Below, piece by piece: positions 51,852 through 64,000 of a DNA stretch of 64,000 bases. The notes under the pieces are model-generated. The model saw only the letters and a program-made list of their open reading frames with translations, was not told where the DNA came from and searched no databases. The position numbers were made by a program, and so were the translations under genes. How positions within the stretch are numbered: the first letter of the stretch is position 1; each line of letters starts with the position of its first letter. Source of the DNA: Octopus sinensis (Eukaryota); NCBI RefSeq assembly GCF_006345805.1, contig NC_042999.1, positions 154,442,001 to 154,506,000 of the forward strand, given 5' to 3'.

Positions 51852-52271
51852 ACTCTCTTTTACTTGTTTCAGTCATTTGACTGCGGCCATGCTGGAGCAT
51901 CGCCTTTAGTTGAGCAAATCGACCTCAGGACTTATTCTTTGTAAGCTTAGTGCTTTTTCTATCGGTATCTTTTGCCGAACCGCTAAGTTACGGGGAACGC
52001 ACGCACACACACACACACACACCAGCATCGGCTGTCAAGCGATTCTGAGGCGACAAACACGGACACACACACACACACACGCATATATTATATATATACA
52101 TGTATACGACGGGCTTCTTTCAGTTTCCGTCTACCAAATCCACTCACAAGGCTTTGGTCGGCCCGAGGCTCTAGTAGAAGGAATTTGCCCAAGGTGCCAC
52201 GAAGTGGGACTAAACCAGGACCCATGTGGTTAGTAAGCGAGCTACTTACCACACAGCTACTCCTGCGCCTA
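51852..52271 (-). mobile_element. SINE family A, full length
   Basis: Inverted relative to the 50969 copy. Confidence 0.9.
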
Positions 52272-52613
52272 TGCATGTTTGTATGTGTGTATGTGTTTAT
52301 TAATGTTTGCCTTTTTGTTCAGTCATAAATGGTTTCAAATTTTGGCTTGAGGTCAACAATTCCGGAGAAGGGGTCTTAAGTCGGTTACATTGATTCCTGT
52401 GTTCAAATAGAACTTGTTTTATCGATCCTAAACGGATGAAAGGCAAAGTCGACCTCGGCGACATTTGAATCCAGAACATTAAGACGGGTGGGATTTATTT
52501 CCAAAATTTAATTGTTTCCATACTTACACTTGAAAAAGTCTGAATGACTGAAACCGGTACTGAAATGTTTTTTATAAAGTTATTTTACCATTTTCTACCT
52601 TGACTCTTTTTTC

Positions 52614-52644
<31 letters not shown>

Positions 52645-52655
52645 CATATATATAT

Positions 52656-52979
52656 ATATAACAAATTTAGGAATGGCCTTAACAGGCCATTCGTCCACCA
52701 GAGAGAGCAGCCAGAACTCAAACCGCCAAGTAGTAGTAATTCAGAAATTAGGTGAAATTAGGTGAAAATTTTAAAAAGTTTTTAAATTTTCACCTAATTT
52801 CTGAATTACTACTACTTGGCGGTTTGAGTTCTGGCTGCTCTCTCTGGTGGACGAATGGCCTGTTAAGGCCATTCCTAAATTTGTTATATTTATATATTTA
52901 GTCTTTGACTATTTTCTCTTTTCCACTAGGCCGCTGGTAGCGATAAATTTCTATTGAATTTTTTGCTACCCTAAATTGA

Positions 52980-52982
<3 letters not shown>
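52656..52982. repeat. Fold-back palindrome C (arms 52656-52777 / 52779-52889, tail to ~52982)
   Basis: Essentially loopless palindrome; 10-bp duplication TTAGGTGAAA in the left arm; TA-flanked. Confidence 0.95.
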
Positions 52983-53023
<41 letters not shown>

Positions 53024-53069
53024 GTATTACACACATGCATATATATATTTGAAAAGTGCAATTATAATG

Positions 53070-53258
53070 GGATCAAATTTTGGCTCAAGGCCAGCAACTT
53101 CGGGAAAGAGGTAAGTCGATTACATCGACCCCGGTACACAACTGGTACTTAATTTATAAAGTCGACCTCGGCGGATTTTGTATTCAGAACGTTAAGTCAG
53201 ACGAAATGCCACTAAGAATTTTGTCCGGCGTGCTAACAGCTCAACCAGCTTGCTACCT
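53070..53258 (-). mobile_element. SINE family B, diverged (another partial at ~52340-52490)
   Basis: AAGTCGATTACATCGACCCC...GTCGACCTCGGCGGA. Confidence 0.75.
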
Positions 53259-53886
53259 TTGAAAAATTTATAATATTGAAAACAGTGTTCATTCTTCCAG
53301 GGAAAAATATTAATTTTGGGAGAAGCTATCAAAGCTAAGTGCATCCTGTCAAAGAGTCCGCTAAATCCAGCGCTAGTTAATACATTGAAAGCGCAGTCTT
53401 TAAGTTATGAACAAGTACATTGTCATATTTTTTCTTCGCTGAGTAAGTACATTGCTAAACAATTGAATTTTTTTTTATTTGCCATTTTCATACGCTGCAT
53501 TGATTCAATAAAGAAGAAATTCAAAGACAAGAAATCGTTATTAATATCTAATTTAAACGTGAAAAATGAATAAATTAAATTAATTTTTTAAAAAACAGAA
53601 TTAAAAAGAAAATATAAATGGAAGACAATGTAGTCTTAAATTGTAAGATGGAAGAAACATTGTCAAAAGACAAATTATATGCAATTAAATAATCCCCGCA
53701 AATAAGCCAGTATTGCGTGATATCGATATTTAGGGAAGATGTTTTGGATTATCTCTGCATGTCTTTTTGCGAGGTGGAATTTCTGACCCAGCATTCTTTC
53801 GATCGATTATTATTTCAATTTTTTTCAAGCTTTCTAAAAATTTACAGATCGTAGGATGCAATATATAATATTTAATCTTTGTTTTG

Positions 53887-53963
<77 letters not shown>

Positions 53964-54106
53964 GAATTTTAACATACTCTGCGAATAACAATTTTAAATA
54001 ATGTTCAGCGATGTATTTATTCTGCTGATAAAAAGTATGATGTTAAATTTAGGTCTTGTATTATCTCGCGAGGTAATTATTACCTTGCAATGAAATTAGT
54101 AGGTTA

Positions 54107-54147
<41 letters not shown>

Positions 54148-54773
54148 CCATTTCACTCTTTTCATTTGTTATAGCTTCGAGCATCGACGATCATGAGCCT
54201 GAGTGCCAAACTTTAAAAATCCCTCATGAGAGAAGACACAACAGATGTTTCCCATTGCCTTCTTCCGGGTTTATTGATCATCACCTTCACTAGTCTCCTG
54301 CTTTCTCGAAGTTACTATTGATACACAAGGCCTATTTAATTCTTAAGCAGGGGCAACTGTATCACGTGCCAAAAAGACATGTGCCACACAATCTATTAGA
54401 GGCACAATGAAGATTTGCGAAACATTTCAGAAATTTTCCTTCTGAGATTCTTATGTGAACAGATGCACACACTTTGGTGTATGCATCGACAATGCTGAGC
54501 CTGTGTGACACATGTCATGTCAAAAGGTCATCTCTCACCTGAGTCCTGTTTGCCTTTGCCGCAGGACAATCTTCATTTATCTTCTTTTAGTTTTGATCCA
54601 AAACTTTGGTTCTTGCTCCCACCAAAACCAGAACAAATCTAGGAGTAATTATAATTGCACAGCTCTCTCTCCCTCTCTCTCTCTTTCTTTCTTTCTTTCC
54701 ATTTTCTTTCCTTCTTTCTTTCTTTCTTTCTTCCATCCTTCCTTTCTTTCTCCCACTCTCTCTCCTCACACAG

Positions 54774-54816
<43 letters not shown>

Positions 54817-55439
54817 CATACATATATATATATATAAACACGTGTATACATACTTACGTACATGCATGCATTCATACATGCATACAACAAATTTGCACAA
54901 AAACCTAGAACTACTCGATTTCACAGAAAAAGAGGAAGAGAAGCCGACGCGGATTCTCCAAACCCAATCTATTAGAAGCACAATGAAGATTTGTGAAACA
55001 TTTCAAAAATTTTCCCTCTGAGATTCGTATGTGAATAGATGCACACACTTTGATGTATGCATCGACAGTTCAACCAACTCACCATCTCAACCTCATATTT
55101 ACAGACACTGGGAACTCTTTTAGCATAAAAAGTATTGTTGCTTTGTTAGCAACCGGCTTGAAATCTCTCAAGAACTTACGTTGTATGTAATCATACATAC
55201 ATACATACATACATACATACATACATACATACATACATACATACATACATGCACACACATATGCATACTCGCACATACATACATACATGCATATATACAT
55301 ACGTATATACATACGAAGGATAATCCCGAGGACAAAGAAATAAGAACCTGCAGTATGGTAGAAGCCATAGCCACTCATAATAAAAAGGAATACTGGTGGA
55401 ATGTACCAGTGAAGATCTCAATAAAAAATATATATATAT

Positions 55440-55650
55440 TATTTTCTTCTTTTACTTGCTTCAGCCATTTGACTGCGGCCATGCTGGAGCACCGCCTTTA
55501 GTCAAGCAAATCGACCCTAGGATTTATTCTTTGTAAGCCTAGTACATATCGGTATCTTTTGCCGAACCGCTAAGTTACGGGGACGTTTAGACACCATCAT
55601 CGATTGGCAAGCGATGTTGGGGAGACAAACACAGACACACAAATACGTAC

Positions 55651-55713
<63 letters not shown>

Positions 55714-55725
55714 AGAAATATAGAT

Positions 55726-55772
<47 letters not shown>

Positions 55773-55940
55773 TCTACGGCAGGCTTCTTTCAGTTTCCGT
55801 CTACCAACTCTACTCACTAGGCTTTGGTCGGCCCGAGGCTGTAGTAGAAGACATTTGCCCAAGGTGCCAAGCAGTGGGACTGAACCTTGAACCATGTGGT
55901 TGGGAAGCAAGCTTTTTACCACACAGCCACTCCTGCGCCT
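55440..55940 (-). mobile_element. SINE family A, full length with expanded compound microsatellite
   Basis: Tail 55440-55650 and head 55775-55940. Confidence 0.9.
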
Positions 55941-56175
55941 ATATGTGTATGTACGTGCGCGCGTGCATGTGTGTACATTTATATACGTATAAATATACAC
56001 AGATGTGTATATTTATTTGAGAAGATTCGACTCTCTGTAGCGGCTTGCAGGTTACGTTTTCCCGCCTTCGAAAGGTATTTACACGATCTTCTAAACTGCT
56101 TTCACAGCTGTTCTGCGTTCGAGATCTCCTCTGTCTTCTGTAAAATATCAACTCACTCGGCGCTTCAAGCATGTG

Positions 56176-56206
<31 letters not shown>

Positions 56207-57126
56207 TGTGTGTGTGTGTGTGATCAGAATTTCCCACTCAAGTCAAACAGAACAAACCACTCCAAACCCAAATCATAGCATCTATGTAAATTGCTACAGG
56301 ACTGGCTAGCTTGTACATATCTATATATATATTGGTGTATTTGTGTGTACACGAAGGTATAGCTTTACCTTAGTGCATTTATGCATATATGTATACTTAT
56401 ACGTATTCTTGAATGCATGGGCATATAAATATTTAACTTGTATGTGTGACCCAGTTTTCTAACATGGCGGTATTTTCTACATTTCTACTTGTATATTTTA
56501 TCTCTTCAGCTCTGGCTCACTTGACCTACTGCTATCTGTCTGGCTTTGGTAACATTGATTTATTGTAGCCTGCAAACAGACCAACATACTTTGTGAATTA
56601 TTACAATCGGCATTATCCGTTTTTGTGTAATTCTTTGTTATTTTTTATTCGTTTATTTTATTTCAACTCTCTTATTGTTCTCTGTATCATTATCATTATC
56701 ATAATACTTCTTGTTTCAATGTATATTTTCTCCCTTTTCTTCGTTCAATTGTTTTATTTTTTCCTTTGTCTTTGTCTTTTAATTTCTTCTCCCTAAATTT
56801 AGGCGAGGCCTGACGCAATGTCACATTTTAAAGACATCACTGAAAAGATAGTTCGCACTATACAATTACGTTGTTTATAAGTATAGAATTATTGAAACAG
56901 GTGTAGGGAATTAAATATTTGGAATATTAATCTGATTGTCGTTTTTGTTCTCGGGTATATTTTGCTCTCAGCATTCGTTATAACCGATTACAAATGCTAC
57001 ATAGCATTTCACATGGTATTGCATTCGAGTCGTGGAATTTTTAGTTTAGCGTAGCGCCTTAAATTTAACTGTAATATTTGTGACTACGTTTCGTACAAAG
57101 CAACAAATAAGAAGTACTTTATATAT

Positions 57127-57157
<31 letters not shown>

Positions 57158-57329
57158 GTTTGCCTTGCCTTAACGTTAGCTGTCCTCTTTAACAATTATA
57201 TATCCGCTGCATCGGAAATGGCTCTATAACTACCGTCTCGGCTACAGCTTTGGAGACCAAGTAGTCCATGACAGCACTTACTTAGCGCACCTAATCATTT
57301 AGATCACCTGTGAACTAAACCCTCATACT

Positions 57330-58595
<1,266 letters not shown>

Positions 58596-58694
58596 GTGTG
58601 TATTATATGTGTATATATATATGTGTGTATATATATATGTGTATGTAATATATGTGTATATATATATGTATATATATATATATGTATATATATC

Positions 58695-59157
58695 AAAATG
58701 TAACCACATGTGAATCGTTGGCGATTTTCAACCTCTGTCTTCCCTTCTATTAGACTTTCCTGTGTTTCCGAAGAAAAGCGTCTGCTCGGAACGTTAAACC
58801 ATCTTTCTTTCCTTCCTTTCGTTCGTTTATCGGACTCGTCAAGACAAAATCAAAATTATTTTGTCTTGACGAGTTCGACAAACAAACGAAAGCGCTAATG
58901 AAGAATGACCCCGCAAAAACAAACGCAAAAACAAACAGCACTATTTTTCTGGACTGCCATGTTAGCTTGGCGATAACTATTAATATATATATATTTCTGT
59001 GTTCCTTTCGTGAAAGAGCGTCGGCTCGAAACGTTAAAGACTTTTTTCACTTCCCGAGCGTTATACTAATACATCTATTTATTGTCTACACCATCTGTCT
59101 TCGTCTTTGGTTTTTTTTTGTGTGACTGAATTCTCCTATATATATATATTATATATA

Positions 59158-59205
<48 letters not shown>

Positions 59206-59447
59206 ATCGCCCATGTTGATTCGCTAGCCTCTGCACGCATATATATTTTTCTCTCCTTCTTTCTGTGTTTTTTCTCTGTGTATCTTTCTGTTGAAGAGCG
59301 TAGGCTCGAAACGTTAAAGACTTGTTTTATTTATATGTTCCTGAGCGCCATACTAATACAATTGTTTGTTTGTATTCCACCTACCTTCGACTTTTGTTAT
59401 TTCCGTAAACCTGCCTTCGTCTTTTTTTTTTTTTCTAAAGCTTCCCG

Positions 59448-59450
<3 letters not shown>
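58695..59450 (+). mobile_element. Cluster of hammerhead-motif repeats: D1 (58695-58810), mini fold-back G (58818-58902), MITE half (58941-58983), two tandem D2 units (58985-59135, 59235-59450)
   Basis: Best D2 motif at 59283-59320: TCTTT-CTGTTGA-A-GAGC-GTAG-GCTC-GAAAC-GTT-AAAGA. Confidence 0.7.
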
Positions 59451-59534
<84 letters not shown>

Positions 59535-59539
59535 GAAGG

Positions 59540-59590
59540 AGCTTCTACAGGACTAGAACTGTTTCATTCAAGAGAAATCTTCAGGAAGCT
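59540..59590 (-). ncRNA. Type I hammerhead ribozyme motif (mirror of 62931)
   Basis: Exact reverse complement of 62931-62981. Confidence 0.72.
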
Positions 59591-59859
59591 AGTTAACAAG
59601 AATTGTATTGGCATTTATACATTTAGGCAGTTTATAGGGGTGGTGGTGGGGGACTTTTTGGGGGTAGGCATAGCGCAAAAATCATACTTGGGGGAGTGGT
59701 CAAGGAGTCAGTGGTAAATTGATAGAAGAATAAATAAAAGAATAAAAAAATAAAAAAAGAATTAAAAAAATAAAAATATATATGAAGAATAGAGTTTTAG
59801 GTAATAAGGAAATTCTCAACACACACCATATACATACACACATACATACACACACACCC

Positions 59860-59902
<43 letters not shown>

Positions 59903-60158
59903 TATACATACATATATCTACATATATTATATATATATATACCTATACATACATACACATATACATGCATATACATATCACAACACACTGTATATATAAC
60001 ACACACGACCACACATACACATACACACAAAAATATATACATACACACACACACACATACTCACATACACACACATATCCACATACACACATGCACAACA
60101 CACACACAAGTCCCTATATACTCATATATACATATACACATATATTGTATGTATGCAT

Positions 60159-60191
<33 letters not shown>

Positions 60192-60939
60192 ATACATACA
60201 TATGTGTACCCATTCATACACATATATGTATGTATACACACACACACACATACATATATATACACATACATACATACATATGTGTACCTATTCTACCTAC
60301 ACATACACACATATATACATACAATTACAAACCATTCCCTAATTTTAATTTTATTATCTTCATTTATTACTTTTGTTATCTTTGACCGCTGGTCACAAAC
60401 ATCTTGGCTAGTCCCTTTTATCTTCTACTTGAGCACAAGCACTCACTCACGCACGCACACTCATTAGCACGCACACACACTCTCATCGTACACTCATACA
60501 CATACACGCACGCACGCGTTATATTCATACATACATACATCTACATACATACACGTATATACACATACATACGCGTACCTACAGATTCATGTCTACAATC
60601 TTAGAAGACTAGTCTATACATATACACCAAATATATATACACACATACATATACACCTACATACAAATACATACATACATATATATACACACATATATAC
60701 ATATACATACACATATACACATACACATATATATATATATACATATATATATATACACATATATACATACATATACATATATATATATACACACATCCGC
60801 ATACATACATACATACATACACCCATACATATATACACACATATATACACACATACATACACCCACACGTATACATATACATACATATACGCGCATGCAT
60901 ACACATACAAATACATACACATACACATATACATATACA

Positions 60940-60987
<48 letters not shown>

Positions 60988-61380
60988 CATACACATACAT
61001 ACATACATATACATATATACACACACACATACATACACATATACACATACACGCACATACACATATACATGCATATACATACATATATATATATATTATA
61101 TATATATATATATATATACATATATATATAGCACATACATACACACATACACATACACACATACACATATGTACACATACACACACATATTCACATATAT
61201 ATATATATATATATATATCTCTATATATATATTACATATATATACACACACATATATACATACATACATACATATATATATATATAGAGAGATATATATA
61301 TATGTGAATATGTGTGTGTATGTGTACATATGTGTATGTGTGTATGTGTATGTGTGTATGTATGTGTATATATATATATG

Positions 61381-61411
<31 letters not shown>

Positions 61412-62564
61412 GTATGTATATGCATGTATATGTGTATGTGCGTGTATGTGTATATGTGTATGTATGTGTGTGTGTATATATGTATTGTATGCATGTATGT
61501 GTATGTATGTGTTATATATAATATTATATATATATATATATAGTATATATGTATGTATGTATATGTATATGTGTATGTGTATGTATTTATATGTGTATGC
61601 ATGCGCGTATATGTATGTATATGTATACGTGTGGGTGTGTGTATGTGTGTATATATGTATGTATGTATGGGTGTATGTATGTATGTATGTATGCGGATGT
61701 GTGTATATATATATGTATATGTATATGTATGTATATATGTGTATATATATATATGTATATATATATATGTGTATGTGTATATGTGTATGTATATGTATAT
61801 ATGTGTGTATATATATGTATGTATGTATTTGTATGTAGGTGTATATGTATGTGTGTATATATATTTGGTGTATATGTATAGACTAGTCTTCTAAGATTGT
61901 AGACATGAATCTGTAGGTACGCGTATGTATGTGTATATACGTGTATGTATGTAGATGTATGTATGTATGAATATAACGCGTGCGTGCGTGTATGTGTATG
62001 AGTGTACGAATGAGAGTGTGTGTGCGTGCTAATGAGTGTGCGTGCGTGAGTGAGTGCTTGTGCTTAAGTAGAAAGATAAAAGGGACTAGCCAAGATTGTT
62101 GGACCAGCGGTCAAGATAACAAAAGTAATAAATGAAGATAATAAAATTAAAATTAGGGAATGGGTTTGTAATTGTATGTATATATGTGTGTATGTGTAGG
62201 TATGAATAGGTACACATATGTATGTATGTATGTGTATATATATGTATGTGTGTGTGTGTGTATACATACATATATGTGTATGAATGGGTACACATATGTA
62301 TGTATAATATATATATATATATATATATATGGTGTGTGTGTGTGTGTGTGTATGCATACATAAGTGTATATGTATATATGAGTATATAGGGACTTGTGTG
62401 TTGTTGTGTGTGCATGTGTGTATGTGGATTGTGTGTGTATGTGAGTATGTGTATGTGTGTTTGTATGTATATATATTTTTTGTGTGTATGTGTATGTGTG
62501 GTCGTGTGTGTGTATATATACATGTGTGTGAGTATATGTATATGCATGTATATGTGTATGTATG

Positions 62565-62603
<39 letters not shown>

Positions 62604-62930
62604 GTAGATATATGTATGTATATGTGTGGTGTGTATAATTATATATATATATTTATATGGGTGTGTGTATGTATGTGTGTATGTATATGTGTGTGTGTTG
62701 AGAATTTCCTTATTTACCTAAAATCTCTATTCTTCTATATAATTTATATTTTTTATTCTTTTTTTATTTTTTATTCTTTTATTTATTCTTCTATCTAATT
62801 TACCACTGACTCCTTGACCACTCCCCCAAGTATGATTTTTTTTGCGCTATGCCTACCCCCAAAAAGTCCCCCACCACCACCCCTATAAACCTGCCTAAAT
62901 GTATAAATGCCAATACAATTCTTGTTAACT

Positions 62931-62981
62931 AGCTTCCTGAAGATTTCTCTTGAATGAAACAGTTCTAGTCCTGTAGAAGCT
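62931..62981 (+). ncRNA. Type I hammerhead ribozyme motif
   Basis: Helix I AGCTTC/GAAGCT (6 bp); CTGAAGA 62937-43; helix II TTTC/GAAT (3 bp, 10.1-11.1 mismatched); GAAA; helix III ACAG/CTGT; predicted cut after GUA at 62975. Confidence 0.75.
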
Positions 62982-63074
62982 CCTTCTATATAATAAATTA
63001 ATTTTACTCTGCTATGTATTGAGTACCTTATTTACTGTGGTTAACCCAGAATCAACCCGGGACCTACATATATA

Positions 63075-63735
63075 TATATATATATGCGTGTGTATGTGTG
63101 TGTGGTGTGTGTGGTGTGTGTGTGTGTGTGTGTTCATAAAGGGCTTCTGCACACTTTTCGTCGACCAAGTTTCAGTCAGATGACATTGGCCAAACCGACG
63201 TTATTGATATTTGCCCAAGGTACCGCGCAGTGGAACGAAACCCAGATTTACATCGTTACGAACCAAAGTTCTGAATCACACGACAATTATATACTTTGAT
63301 CTTCGTTACCGTAAAAGAATTCACCTGGCGCTATTCAAAATATTATCGATTGCTAATTTTCTGACCGTTGTATTGTTGCACTTCGAGTTGATGCCGTCCA
63401 ATAAATGGATTTGAAGAAAAATACTCTCATTGATAACGTGTATAAACACGCAAATACACACACGTGCACATATTTATATATACGTGCATGTACAAATAGA
63501 CAGAGGGAAAAAGAAAGAGAGAAAGAGGGGGAATACGCAGTTATATATATATATATCTCTTTTACTCTTTTATTCTTTTACTTGTTTCAGTCATTTGACT
63601 GCGACCATGCTGGAGCACCGCCTTTAATCGAGCAAATCGACCCCGGAACTTATTCTTTGTAAGCCCAGTACTTATTCTATCGGTGTCTTTTGCCAAACCG
63701 CTAAGTTACGGGGACGTAAACACACCAGCATCGGT
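63075..63735 (-). mobile_element. SINE family A pieces: decayed head (63135-63260) and tail (63555-63735)
   Basis: Family A motifs on the minus strand. Confidence 0.7.
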
Positions 63736-64000
63736 TACACATCTATAATATATAGTTATATACCTATACTGCCTACCTGTCACTTTATACGTGTATACAT
63801 TAATATGAAATATATAAAAGTATTATGTTTGTGTGTGTGAATGTGTGGGGGTGGGAGTGTGGGGTGGGGGTGGGAGTGTGTGGGTGTGGGTGTATGTGTG
63901 TGTGAGTGTGTATGGGAATATGTATGTCCATGTTTGTATATATAGAATAGACTGACAGAATATGTGTACGTTTTTGACCAAATGTGTTTCATTTTTCGAT

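Larger units (their letters stand above)
59531..63068. repeat. Giant fold-back H (arms ~59531-61232 / ~61273-62990, tail to ~63068)
   Basis: Unique islands are mirrored (59531-59820 vs 62700-62990; 60290-60440 vs 62050-62180; 60560-60630 vs 61860-61930). Confidence 0.93.

Noticed and set aside
53301-53442. 142-nt exon candidate (TTCTTCCAG / GTAAGT, one open frame)
   Set aside because: No recognisable protein and no partner exons; plausible by chance.
54400-54500. IVDAYTK integrase-like motif on the minus strand
   Set aside because: The flanking residues do not continue an integrase core.
61233-61272. Unremoved SMRTbell adapter at the centre of the giant palindrome
   Set aside because: The spacer is TA/CA microsatellite, not adapter sequence. 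A fold-back artefact is not fully excluded without reads.
59700-62800. Many 60-190 aa ORFs rich in Y/I/H/T/C/V/M (also at 10451-11044, 13199-13642, 48394-48969)
   Set aside because: They are translations of TA/CA/TATG microsatellites, which lack stop codons.

Overview
64 kb of AT-rich, microsatellite-saturated eukaryotic DNA with no credible intact host gene. Most ORF-track entries are microsatellite translations or antisense shadows. The repeat repertoire looks like an octopod cephalopod genome (inference from recalled SINE sequences, not database-checked). Content: about 35 copies or fragments of three tRNA-derived SINE families (called A, B, C here); decayed LINEs (RTE with three C-terminal C2H2 fingers, R4/Dong, L1/Tx1, CR1); a Helitron remnant with a PIF1 helicase pseudogene; small Helitrons; and several MITEs. 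Main observation: five mutually unrelated fold-back palindromes (arms 0.1-1.7 kb) share one asymmetric architecture, (TA)n / inverted arm / short loop / arm + 70-100 bp unpaired tail / (TA)n. Three carry type I hammerhead-ribozyme motifs in both arms. A separate dispersed family carries minimal dimer-type hammerhead motifs. I interpret these as Penelope-like (PLE) pseudo-LTR or retrozyme-type elements targeting TA microsatellites. Two direct duplications whose copies differ almost only by 1-bp indels may be assembly artefacts. Repeat boundaries were read by eye and are approximate unless exact motif positions are given.
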